From Glycocaulis sp. (GTDB taxonomy: Bacteria; Pseudomonadota; Alphaproteobacteria; Caulobacterales; Maricaulaceae), in the NCBI RefSeq assembly GCF_050485565.1, contig NZ_JBJHBQ010000009.1, forward strand, positions 60,880 through 124,879: a DNA stretch of 64,000 nucleotides, written 5' to 3'. This document shows positions 19,223 through 27,880 of the stretch, piece after piece. Each line of letters starts with the position of its first letter. Positions within the stretch are counted from its first letter, which is position 1. The notes below the pieces were generated by a model. It worked only from the letters and a program-made list of their open reading frames with translations, had not been told where the DNA came from and made no database searches. The position numbers and the translations under genes are program-made.

Positions 19223-20008
19223 ATGGTCACCACACCCCGCCTTTTTGTCGATGCGCCGCTGAGCGAACGCGCTGAGCTGATCCTGCCGCGCGAGCAGGCG
19301 CACTATCTCGTCAATGTCATGCGCCGCGAGGCCGGTTCGCCAGTGCGCGTGTTCAATGGCCGGGACGGTGAATGGCAGGCGATTGTCGCCGAAGCCTCGC
19401 GCAAGGGCGCGTCCCTGCTGGTTGAAAGCCGCTTGCTCGAGCAGACAGGCGTACCGCCTTTGCGCCTGTGTTTTGCGCCGGTGAAGAAGGCGCGCACCGA
19501 TTTCATCGTCGAGAAGGCGACCGAGCTGGGCGTGGCGCGGATCCAGCCCGTCATTACCCGCCGCACCCAGTCCGAGCGCGTGCGTACCGACCGCCTGCTC
19601 GCCCTTGCCACCGAAGCGGCTGAACAGACCGAGCGGCTCTGCCTGCCGGGGGTGTCAGAGCCGGTGACGCTGGAGCGCCTGCTGGCCGACTGGGCGGAGG
19701 GCGAGCGCCTGATCTTCTGTGATGAGGCAGGGGACGGGGAGGGCGCCTGGGGCGGGCCGGAAGGCCGCGCGCGGCCCATGGCGGACATGCTGCAGAGCGA
19801 GACGGACCCGTCAGGCCCGTGGTCCATCCTCATCGGCCCGGAGGGCGGGTTTGACGAGGCGGAGAGGGCGCACCTGCGCTCGCTGCCATTCGTGCGTGCC
19901 GTCACGCTGGGGCCGCGCATATTGCGGGCCGACACGGCTGCGGTGGCCGCGCTCACACTCTGGCAGGCGGCGCTGGGGGACTGGCGCTATCTGTCGGCCG
20001 ACAGATAG
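19223..20008 (+). CDS. rsmE: 16S rRNA (uracil1498-N3)-methyltransferase RsmE
   Basis: PRLFVDAPL...HYLVNVMR N-terminal PUA-like part and C-terminal IGPEGGFDEAE SPOUT knot. ATG 19223 is preferred over the track TTG at 19187. Confidence 0.88.
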   Translation: MVTTPRLFVDAPLSERAELILPREQAHYLVNVMRREAGSPVRVFNGRDGEWQAIVAEASRKGASLLVESRLLEQTGVPPLRLCFAPVKKARTDFIVEKATELGVARIQPVITRRTQSERVRTDRLLALATEAAEQTERLCLPGVSEPVTLERLLADWAEGERLIFCDEAGDGEGAWGGPEGRARPMADMLQSETDPSGPWSILIGPEGGFDEAERAHLRSLPFVRAVTLGPRILRADTAAVAALTLWQAALGDWRYLSADR

Positions 20009-20766
20009 ATCGCCTGAGCGGCCTCAAGTGAGGCCAGCGCCGCATCAATCATTCCCAGCCGATGCTGGACGGCGGCGAGCGTGTGGAGGCCGCGCGCGTA
20101 AACAGGGCTGTCCTCACTGCCAAGGCGGGCCCGGACCTCCAGATTCTGCATTGCGATGTCCAGCGCTTCTTCCGGGCTGCCGTGAACGGCGAGGTGAAGG
20201 GCATAAGCGTCCAGAATGCTTGCGTGCGCATCCAGTCTATCGCCCGCATATCGATGATCGCCCAGCACCCGGAGCGCGTGTGCAAATGCGGGTGCGGCGT
20301 CATCCGGGCGGTTCTGGATGTGGACCGACAGGGCGAGGTGTTTGAGCGCCCGCGCGATTTGGGCCCTTGGAAAGTCGGCGCGCGCCGCCAACGCGTCGTA
20401 GCGCTCACGCGCATTGGCTTCCGCTTCGGCAAAACGACCCAGCGCGAACAGCGCCCTCCAGACGCGCTCGGACGCTGCGGCTGTCTCAAGGCCCGCCTCG
20501 CCATCAATGCGCCGGAGGATGGCGTAGTGCGCTTCCAGCAGAGGCAGGGCGGCGGCGTGACCGGAGACCTCCTGCACGCCAATAGCATGGTTGAGCAGAC
20601 GGGCTGCAAGATCGTGCGACCAGGTATTTGGGTCAGCGGCAGCGGCCTCATAGGCGGCCATGGCAGACGCATGCAGCTCGGCGAAGGGCGCGATATGCAT
20701 TTCCTGTGCGGACGCCATGCCCGTGACGGCCATCGCCAGAACCGCACTCGAAAGCCAGCTGCGCAT
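19987..20766 (-). CDS. secreted TPR-like repeat protein
   Basis: Signal peptide MRSWLSSAVLAMAVTGMASA, then Ala/Leu-rich helical repeats (ARALKHLALSVH..., ARGLHTLAAVQHRLG...). Confidence 0.6.
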   Translation of the reverse strand: MRSWLSSAVLAMAVTGMASAQEMHIAPFAELHASAMAAYEAAAADPNTWSHDLAARLLNHAIGVQEVSGHAAALPLLEAHYAILRRIDGEAGLETAAASERVWRALFALGRFAEAEANARERYDALAARADFPRAQIARALKHLALSVHIQNRPDDAAPAFAHALRVLGDHRYAGDRLDAHASILDAYALHLAVHGSPEEALDIAMQNLEVRARLGSEDSPVYARGLHTLAAVQHRLGMIDAALASLEAAQAIYLSADR

Positions 20767-20906
20767 ACCCCCTCCTGCCGTTTGCCGCACTCTAGCGCAC
20801 CGGTGAGAGTGGCCATCTGACAAATATCGACAGGCCATGCCCTTGCCGGTTGGCGTTCGCCCGCATAAGTGACGGAGACCTCGAACGGCTGGGAGACCGG
20901 GACACG

Positions 20907-22280
20907 ATGAGCGGCACCTACACGCCCGGCGGCGAAGGCCCCCCCATTGAAAGCAAGGATCAGCTCATCGCCCATCTCGCCTCGGGCGAGAAGCCGCGCG
21001 AAAGCTGGCGCATCGGCACCGAGCACGAGAAGTTCGGCTTTACGCTGGAGGGGCACCGCCCACTCCCCTATGAGGGCGACGGGCCGAGTGTGCGCAAGAT
21101 GCTCGAAGGTCTCACCCGGTTTGGCTGGGAGGTGATCGAGGAGAACGGCAAGCCGGTTGCGCTCAAACGCAAGGGCGCGTCCATCACGCTGGAACCGGGC
21201 GGGCAGTTTGAGCTTTCGGGCGCGCCGCTGGAAAATCTCCATCAGACTTGTGCCGAGGTGAACGGGCATCTGCGCGAAGTGCGTGAAGTGGCCGATGAGA
21301 TTGGTGCAGGATTCCTGGGGCTGGGCTTCTCGCCCAAATGGTCTCTGGAAGAGACCCCGATGATGCCGAAAGACCGCTACAACATAATGAAGGCTTATAT
21401 GCCCAAGGTCGGCGGGCTGGGCCATCAGATGATGTTCCGCTCCTGTACGGTGCAGACCAATCTCGATTTTGGGTCAGAGGCCGATATGCGCGCGAAGTTT
21501 CGCGCCTCCATGGCCCTGCAGCCCATCGCCACGGCGCTCTTTGCCAACTCGCCCTTCGCCGATGGCCGCCCGAACGGCTTTGTCTCCTACCGCGCCCATG
21601 TCTGGACCGATGTGGACCCGGACCGCACCGGCATCCTCCAGTTCGTGTTCGATGAGGGCTTCACCTACGAGCACTATGTCGATTGGGCGCTCGATGCGCC
21701 GATGTATTTCGTCAAGCGCGAGGGGCGCTTCCTCGATGCGTCGGGGCAGAGTTTCCGCGACTTCCTCAAAGGCAAGCTGCCGGCCCTGCCGGGCGAGCTG
21801 CCCGTCATGGGTGATTGGGAAGATCACCTCTCCACGCTCTTTCCCGAGGTGCGCCTGAAGACCTTCCTGGAACAGCGCGGCGCCGATGGCGGGCCGTGGA
21901 ATAATCTGTGCGCGCTGCCTGCGCTCTGGGTGGGCCTGCTCTATGACGATACTGCCCTCAACGCTGCGCTGGACCTTGTGAAGGACTGGACGGCGGAAGA
22001 ACGCGTCGCGCTGCGCCTTGGCGCGGCCCATTGCGGGCTGAAAACACCCTTCCGCAACACCACGATGCAGGACCTCACCAAGGAGGTGCTGGCCATCGCC
22101 CGTTCGGGCCTCAAAGCGCGCGCCCGCCTCAACCATCATGGCGAGCACGAGGCGGTCTTCCTCGATGATCTCGATGAAATCGCGGCCAGCGGCATCACGC
22201 CCGCCGAGCGCCTGCTGGCGCTCTATAACGGACCGTGGAATGGCTCTGTGGAGCCGATCTTCAAGGAAGCGGCGTATTAG
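20907..22280 (+). CDS. gshA: glutamate--cysteine ligase, plant/alphaproteobacterial type
   Basis: RIGTEHEKFGF, LEPGGQFELSGAP and MFRSCTVQTNLDF are blocks characteristic of GCS2-type GshA. Confidence 0.92.
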   Translation: MSGTYTPGGEGPPIESKDQLIAHLASGEKPRESWRIGTEHEKFGFTLEGHRPLPYEGDGPSVRKMLEGLTRFGWEVIEENGKPVALKRKGASITLEPGGQFELSGAPLENLHQTCAEVNGHLREVREVADEIGAGFLGLGFSPKWSLEETPMMPKDRYNIMKAYMPKVGGLGHQMMFRSCTVQTNLDFGSEADMRAKFRASMALQPIATALFANSPFADGRPNGFVSYRAHVWTDVDPDRTGILQFVFDEGFTYEHYVDWALDAPMYFVKREGRFLDASGQSFRDFLKGKLPALPGELPVMGDWEDHLSTLFPEVRLKTFLEQRGADGGPWNNLCALPALWVGLLYDDTALNAALDLVKDWTAEERVALRLGAAHCGLKTPFRNTTMQDLTKEVLAIARSGLKARARLNHHGEHEAVFLDDLDEIAASGITPAERLLALYNGPWNGSVEPIFKEAAY

Positions 22281-22287
22281 GGGGTTC

Positions 22288-22389
22288 CCCTCGTCCTTCG
22301 AGACGCTCGCTTCGCTCGCCCTCAGGATGAGGGGAAACGCCCTTTATTCCTCATCCTGAGGAGGCCGAAGGCCGTCTCGAAGGACGAGG
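22288..22389. repeat. Family-1 palindromic intergenic element, copy 2 of 3
   Basis: CCCTCGTCCTTCGAG...CAGGATGAGGGG...CCTCATCCTGAGGAGGCCGAAGGCCGTCTCGAAGGACGAGG. Begins 8 nt after the gshA stop. Confidence 0.85.
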
Positions 22390-22391
22390 AA

Positions 22392-22426
22392 TAAAAAGAA
22401 CCCCGGATGTTGCCATCCGGGGTTTT
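22392..22426. terminator. bidirectional Rho-independent terminator (odc/dhs-like operon and gshA)
   Basis: CCCCGGATG (22401-22409), ttgc, CATCCGGGG (22414-22422), with TTTT on the + side and TTCTTTTTA on the - side. Its reverse complement GAAAACCCCGGATGGCAACATCCGGGGTT is identical to 16283-16311. Confidence 0.85.
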
Positions 22427-22450
22427 CGCGTTCTTGAAGAGGCGTGAAGC

Positions 22451-23497
22451 CTAGTCCTCGAACATGTCCGCAAAGCGCCGGCGCGGACGGTTTTTCCACG
22501 CGCCGCGATGGAAGACGTCAGAGACGATGACCGGGGCCACGGTGGTGGCTTCGGCATAGACCATCTGCTCCAGCGTGACATCGACCTTGCCCCAGCTGCA
22601 TGCCTCTTTCAGCGTGGAGGAGGAGCAGGCACCATCGCGCACATCGGCGACCGTGATCTGCACCGCGTATTCGTGCATCGGCACTTCGTGGCCGAGGATT
22701 TCGGCGCACACGACCGTGTCCTGCGCGAAGTTCTTCGGCACGCCGCCGCCGACCATGAACAGGCCCGTCTTGCCGGCCTTGATCTTGATGTCGGTCAGCT
22801 CGCGGAAATCGGCCACGGCGTCGATGGCGAGATAGGGCTTTTTCGCCTTCATGCGCTCGACCTGGTGCTTCACGAGGCCAAAGCCCGCCGAGCAGTCAGC
22901 AAAGGCCGGCACGAAGATCGGCACGCCGTGCTTATAGCACTCCTCGATGAGGGAGCCTTCCTTCTTCGCATTACCATCGGCCAGCCATTTGCCCATCGCC
23001 TTGATGAAGGCGCGGCTCGAGATCGGCTTCGGATCAAGGCTGTCGGCAATGTCACCGATAGTGTGATCGGTGGTCTGCAGTTCTTCCTCGTCGATATAGG
23101 TGTCGTAGATCCGGTCGATATAGAGATCACGCAGGATGCGGTCGTCCGGGATTTCCTTGGCCTGATAGTGCTTGAAGCCCAGAGCCTCGAAGAAATCCAT
23201 GTCGACGATGGATGCGCCGGTAGCGACGATGGCGTCGACCATGTTGTTGCGCACCATGTCGCGCCAGACATGCATGCAGCCGCCTGCGCTGGTTGAACCG
23301 GCGAGGGTGAGGATGACCGAGCAGTCCTTGTCGGCCACGGCCGCTTGCAGGATGCGGGCAGCGCGCGCGGCATCGCGGCTGGAGAAGCTCATCTTCTCCC
23401 ACGCATCGATGATGACGCGGCCATCAAAGCTCGCAATATCGATATGCTCGACCGGGCTGGAGAGCAGCTCGGCCTTACGGTTGGTTTGATCGTTCAT
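22451..23497 (-). CDS. deoxyhypusine synthase-like protein (candidate homospermidine synthase)
   Basis: DHS-family blocks: LTLAGSTSAGG, VDAIVATGASIVD, MVGGGVPKNF and SWGKV. Confidence 0.85.
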   Translation of the reverse strand: MNDQTNRKAELLSSPVEHIDIASFDGRVIIDAWEKMSFSSRDAARAARILQAAVADKDCSVILTLAGSTSAGGCMHVWRDMVRNNMVDAIVATGASIVDMDFFEALGFKHYQAKEIPDDRILRDLYIDRIYDTYIDEEELQTTDHTIGDIADSLDPKPISSRAFIKAMGKWLADGNAKKEGSLIEECYKHGVPIFVPAFADCSAGFGLVKHQVERMKAKKPYLAIDAVADFRELTDIKIKAGKTGLFMVGGGVPKNFAQDTVVCAEILGHEVPMHEYAVQITVADVRDGACSSSTLKEACSWGKVDVTLEQMVYAEATTVAPVIVSDVFHRGAWKNRPRRRFADMFED

Positions 23498-24748
23498 TTA
23501 GCGTCTCTTGATAAGGCGTTGCCGGCGGCGTCGCAGCCGGGTGAAGGGGACGACCGAGCCTTCGCTCTGCTGCTCGCGTTCGGGCGAAGCCAGCACGGGC
23601 TGATCGTACAGCGAATGCCAAGGGTAGTCGGAAACCGTGACAGTCTCCACATCCCCGAAGCCATTAAAGCGCGTGGCCATTGCGGTGCCATAAGCGCCCA
23701 GCATGCCAAACTCGATGACATCGCCTTCCTTCAGGTCGGCAGGCAGGTCATACGGGCCGGGCATGGAATCGATGGAATCACACGTCGGGCCATAGAGCCG
23801 GAACGGCGCGGTCTGCGGGCTCAGCTCGCCATTGGCGCGGTGCACACGCATCGGATAGCTCCAGCGCGCATGCACGATGTCAAACAGGCAGCCATAAGAG
23901 CCGTCATTCATGTAAACCGCGTCGCCCTTGATCAGCTCCACGCGCGTCAGCACGGATACGGCCTCGGCAACCAGCGCGCGGCCCGGCTCGCACCACAGAT
24001 CGGCGTTCTCAAGGACCATCATGTCCTCGAAGGCGTGCTCGATGGCGCGCACATAGTCTTCCAGCGGCGGCGGGGTGAGGCCGGGATAGATGGACGGAAA
24101 ACCGCCACCCACATCCACAATATCCACCGTCACACCGGCGCGCGCGATCAGGCGCGAGGCTTCCATCATGGCCGCGCGATAGGCGCTGGGCGCCATGCAC
24201 TGGCTGCCGACATGGAAGCTCACACCCAGCTCGTGCGCGTGGGCGCGGGCCAGCCGGATCAGGTCAGGGGCCTCAGCCTCGGTCGCGCCGAACTTGCCGG
24301 CCAGTGGCAGGGTCGCGCCGTCATTGGAGACAGCCAGGCGCACCACCAGCGTCAGGTCGCGGGCATGACCGGTCTCCTGCAGGATTTTCTGCAGTTCGGC
24401 TTCGCAATCGAGGACGAAGATTTTCACGCCATGGTCGTGATAGGCGGACGCGATGGCGCGCCGGCTCTTCACCGGATGCATGAAGGCCATGGTGGCATCA
24501 GGACACCGGCTGGCAATCAGCTCGACCTCCGGCAGGGAGGCGACGTCAAACCAGCGATGACCCGCTGCATACAGCGCATCGATCACCCATGGCGAAGGGT
24601 TCGCCTTCACGGCGTAGAGAACTTCACCCGGAAAATGTTCCTGGAACCAGCGGGACGCTACGGCCAGACGGTCAGGCCGCGCGCACGCGACCGGGCCATC
24701 GACGGGCCGAAGGCGGACCAGGTCCAGGGGCGTATGGTGCTCGGACAA
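23498..24748 (-). CDS. ornithine/lysine decarboxylase, alanine-racemase-fold (group IV) PLP enzyme
   Basis: LYAVKANPSPWV (PLP lysine), DVGGGFP, YGPTCDSID. Its stop abuts the start of the downstream dhs-like gene. Arg/Lys-rich C-terminal tail. Confidence 0.88.
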   Translation of the reverse strand: MSEHHTPLDLVRLRPVDGPVACARPDRLAVASRWFQEHFPGEVLYAVKANPSPWVIDALYAAGHRWFDVASLPEVELIASRCPDATMAFMHPVKSRRAIASAYHDHGVKIFVLDCEAELQKILQETGHARDLTLVVRLAVSNDGATLPLAGKFGATEAEAPDLIRLARAHAHELGVSFHVGSQCMAPSAYRAAMMEASRLIARAGVTVDIVDVGGGFPSIYPGLTPPPLEDYVRAIEHAFEDMMVLENADLWCEPGRALVAEAVSVLTRVELIKGDAVYMNDGSYGCLFDIVHARWSYPMRVHRANGELSPQTAPFRLYGPTCDSIDSMPGPYDLPADLKEGDVIEFGMLGAYGTAMATRFNGFGDVETVTVSDYPWHSLYDQPVLASPEREQQSEGSVVPFTRLRRRRQRLIKRR

Positions 24749-24963
24749 CTCACGAGACCCCCTGTTAGCAGTTAACCCAATCCGGCATCGTCACCTCCGC
24801 CGGGACTGCGCATTTAGGGCCTCGCTGCGGCGCTGTAAAGAGAAATTGCACAGCAGCGCAAAGACATGCGGCAACCGGTGCCGGAAAGGGTGGCACACAC
24901 AGTTTCGTATGGCATAACACGAACGCGCCAACGGCCAAAAAGTGCCGGGTGGAGGGGATAAAA

Positions 24964-25764
24964 ATGACAGCGAAGAATCTCGCCTTGTCGGTCGACCAGG
25001 TTACGAAGACCTACGGCACGGCGGTCGCCCTTTCTGGCGCCAGCCTGAGCGTGGAGCCGGGCGAGATGGTGGCGCTGATCGGCGCTTCGGGTTCAGGCAA
25101 GTCCACCCTGCTGCGTCTGGCCTCGGGCCTGGTGCTGGCTGATGCCGGTTCTGGCGCTATCCGCCTGTTTGGCGAGAAGGTGCAGGAGAATGGCAAGCTG
25201 TCGGCGCGCGTGCGCCGGGCACGTGCCAGGGTCGGTTTCATCTTCCAGCAATTCAATCTTGTTACCCGCGCCAGCCTCTACGCCAACGCGATGCTGGGAT
25301 CGCTCGGCCAGATTGCGCCCTGGCGCGGCATTACCGGCTCGTTCCCGGATGATGTACGCAAGCGCGCCATGGAGGCGCTGGAGCGCGTTGGCGTGGCCGG
25401 GCATGCTGGCAAGCGCGCGGCCAATCTGTCTGGCGGCCAGCAGCAGCGCGGCGCGATTGCGCGCGCTCTGGTGCAGCGCGCCGAGGCGATTTTCGCCGAC
25501 GAACCCATTGCCTCGCTCGATCCTGTGTCTGCGCGCCGCGTCATGCGTCTCCTGGCAGAGCTGAACGAACAGGACGGCATGACGGTGGTGGTGACGCTCC
25601 ACCAGGTCGATTACGCGCTGAAATACTGCCGCCGGGCGGTCGCGCTGAAAGCAGGCCAGATCATTTATGACGGCCCTATTTCCGGGCTGACGCGTGAACG
25701 CCTGATCGAGATCTACGGCGATGAATACCGCGATGTGATGGACGAGGAGCCCGTGCGCGCATGA
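24964..25764 (+). CDS. phnC: phosphonate ABC transporter ATP-binding protein
   Basis: Walker A GASGSGKST, signature LSGGQQQRGAIARAL, Walker B IFADEP. PhnC-like length and context. Confidence 0.9.
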   Translation: MTAKNLALSVDQVTKTYGTAVALSGASLSVEPGEMVALIGASGSGKSTLLRLASGLVLADAGSGAIRLFGEKVQENGKLSARVRRARARVGFIFQQFNLVTRASLYANAMLGSLGQIAPWRGITGSFPDDVRKRAMEALERVGVAGHAGKRAANLSGGQQQRGAIARALVQRAEAIFADEPIASLDPVSARRVMRLLAELNEQDGMTVVVTLHQVDYALKYCRRAVALKAGQIIYDGPISGLTRERLIEIYGDEYRDVMDEEPVRA

Positions 25765-27764
25765 TGGCCTTCGTCCGTATTCTCGCCGCGTTCGCGCTGG
25801 TTTGTGTCAGCGGTGTGGCCACCGCGCAGGAGCGCGAGCGTATCGTGTTCTCCGTCATTTCCACCGAGCAGACAGAGGCCGTAGAAGCCCTGTGGCAGCC
25901 CTTCGTAGCAGACATGGAGGAGACGACCGGGCTTGATATCGAGCTGGTCTCGGCCATCGACTATGCCGGTGTGATCGAGGCGATGCGCTTTGGTCAGGTC
26001 GATGTGGGCTGGTTCTCCAACCTCTCCGGCCTGCAGGCGATCCGGCTGGCCGATGCGGAGGTGTTCGCCAAGACGCTCTATCCGGGCGGGCAGGAGGGCT
26101 ATCGCTCCGTCATCCTGGTACGCGAAGACAGCCCGATCCGCACGCTGGAAGACCTGCTGGTATGCGATGGCTCGATGTCTTTCGCGCTGGGTGATCCCAA
26201 CTCCACCTCAGGCACGCTGGTACCGCTGGCCTATATCTTTGCGCCGCGCGGGATCGACCCGCAGTCCTGCTTTGCACAAGTGACCAACGCCAATCACGAG
26301 CAGACAGCGCTCGCTGTCGCCAACGGTTTCGTCGATGCGGGCACCAATAACACGACCAATCTGGGCCGGCTTGCCCAGACCCGCCCCGAAGCGCTGGCGG
26401 GTCTGCGCATTCTCTGGTCCTCGCCGCTGATCCAGACAGACCCGATAGTCTGGCGCCGCGACCTGTCCGAGGAGACGAAGGCCGAGCTCCTCTCCTTCTT
26501 CCTCACTTACGGGTTCCGCGGAGATGCCGCGCAGCGCGAATACGAGCAGGGGGTTCTCGATACCCTTTTCCTGGGCGGCTTCCTGCCCGCCACGGACGAA
26601 CATCTTCTGCCGATCCGCCGCCTGGAGCTGATGCGTGATCTGGCCGAGACGCAGGCCAGCGAGGCATTCGAAGAGGGCGAGCGCTCGGCCCGGCTGGAAC
26701 AGATCGAGCTGGCCATGCGCGAGCTGGCCGTTGAAGAGCGCCGCGTCGCCGTGCGTGACCTTGCCGACAATCTCATGGATGCACGCGCCCGGATGGATGC
26801 CGAGCCCGATGCCGCCAGTGCCGAGATCACGACCCTTGTGGCTGCTTTCCTGGCAGCCCAGCCCCGCATCGAGGTGGAGCGCCGGATACGCCGCGTCACC
26901 GCCGGAGAGCTCACGCGCGGCATGATTGGCCTTGGATCGGGGCTGGCACTTTTCGCGGTACTGATGATCCGCTCGCGTCCGCCCCGCTTCGGGCCGTCAC
27001 GCCTGATGAGCGACCGGCTGATCGATGCCGCCATCTGGTCGGGTCTGTTTGGTCTGCTGATCTGGAGCTTCTGGCCGGCCGAAATGTTCAAAATCCCGCT
27101 TCTGGGTACGAACGCGCCGCGCATGGGCGAGTACATAGCCGGCTTCTTCCAGCTCGATCTGGACGGCTGGGAGACCTATGCCCGCCAGACACTCATCACC
27201 GTGCAGATCGCGCTGTGGGGCACGGTGGTGGCCGTTATCGCGGCCATTCCGTTCGGTCTCATGGCGTCGCGCAATATCGCGCCTGTGTGGATCGTGCAGC
27301 CTGTGCGCCGCCTGATGGACGCGTTCCGCGCCATCAACGAGCTGGTCGTGGCCGCCATCTTCGTGGCAGCGGTCGGGCTTGGCCCGTTTGCCGGTGTGAT
27401 GGCGCTGGCGCTGCACACCACAGGGGTTCTCGCCAAGCTGTTCTCCGAAGCCGTCGAAGCCATTGATGACGGGCCTGTGGAGGGCGTGCGCGCCACCGGC
27501 GCCGGGCCGATGAACGAGGTGGTGTGGGGCGTGATCCCGCAGGTCATCCCGCTCTGGGCGTCCTATGCCCTCTACCGGTTTGAATCCAACACCCGCGCGG
27601 CGACCATTCTGGGCCTCATCGGTGCGGGCGGTATCGGCCAGGTGCTGATCCAGAACATCCGCTCGTTCGAATACGGTAAGACGGCAACCATCCTGCTGAT
27701 CATCATCGCAGCCGTGACAGCGGTGGATCTGATCTCGCAAATGCTGCGCAGACGGCTGGTCTGA
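25761..27764 (+). CDS. fused phosphonate/phosphite-binding protein (PhnD-like) and permease (PhnE-like)
   Basis: One 667-codon ORF, ATGA-coupled to phnC. The N-terminal part is a signal peptide plus PhnD blocks (DYAGVIEAMRFGQVDVGWF, LGDPNSTSGTLVP, HEQTALAVANGFVDAG). A charged helical linker and an extra TM follow. The C-terminal part is PhnE-like (LITVQIALWGT..., VEGVRATGAG, FESNTRAATILGLIGAGGIG). Confidence 0.85.
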   Translation: MMAFVRILAAFALVCVSGVATAQERERIVFSVISTEQTEAVEALWQPFVADMEETTGLDIELVSAIDYAGVIEAMRFGQVDVGWFSNLSGLQAIRLADAEVFAKTLYPGGQEGYRSVILVREDSPIRTLEDLLVCDGSMSFALGDPNSTSGTLVPLAYIFAPRGIDPQSCFAQVTNANHEQTALAVANGFVDAGTNNTTNLGRLAQTRPEALAGLRILWSSPLIQTDPIVWRRDLSEETKAELLSFFLTYGFRGDAAQREYEQGVLDTLFLGGFLPATDEHLLPIRRLELMRDLAETQASEAFEEGERSARLEQIELAMRELAVEERRVAVRDLADNLMDARARMDAEPDAASAEITTLVAAFLAAQPRIEVERRIRRVTAGELTRGMIGLGSGLALFAVLMIRSRPPRFGPSRLMSDRLIDAAIWSGLFGLLIWSFWPAEMFKIPLLGTNAPRMGEYIAGFFQLDLDGWETYARQTLITVQIALWGTVVAVIAAIPFGLMASRNIAPVWIVQPVRRLMDAFRAINELVVAAIFVAAVGLGPFAGVMALALHTTGVLAKLFSEAVEAIDDGPVEGVRATGAGPMNEVVWGVIPQVIPLWASYALYRFESNTRAATILGLIGAGGIGQVLIQNIRSFEYGKTATILLIIIAAVTAVDLISQMLRRRLV

Positions 27765-27782
27765 CGCCGCAGACAGGCCGGG

Positions 27783-27833
27783 TTGTCACAGGACTGACAC
27801 GTTTCTGTATCGGTGCTGACATGGAGTTGTGAC
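27783..27833 (+). promoter_or_regulatory. array of five 11-bp-phased Pho-box-like heptamers
   Basis: TTGTCAC agga CTGACAC gttt CTGTATC ggtg CTGACAT ggag TTGTGAC, each a 7-mer with a 4-nt spacer. Compare the E. coli Pho box CTGTCAT-N4-CTGTCAY. The array ends 47 nt before the ATG of the PstS-like gene. Confidence 0.6.
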
Positions 27834-27880
27834 AATAGCGGCGTCATGTAGGTGTCCAGCCAGTTCCGAAGGGATGACCC

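Noticed and set aside
20049-21425. 458-aa minus-strand ORF spanning the TPR gene and gshA 5' half
   Set aside because: It crosses an intergenic region and overlaps two genes with clear signals. No motif was found, so it is a shadow ORF.
23345-24775. 476-aa plus-strand ORF
   Set aside because: It is antisense to the ornithine decarboxylase gene, which has a PLP-Lys motif, and to the end of the dhs-like gene. No motifs were found.
24892-24910. TGGCAC motif upstream of phnC that looked like a sigma-54 -24 element
   Set aside because: No GC dinucleotide at the required -12 spacing (GG-N10-GC is not satisfied), so it is not a credible RpoN promoter.
24780-24963. Search for a Pho box upstream of phnC
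   Set aside because: Only one isolated CTGTAAA heptamer is present and there is no 11-bp-phased partner. I therefore make no claim for this promoter.
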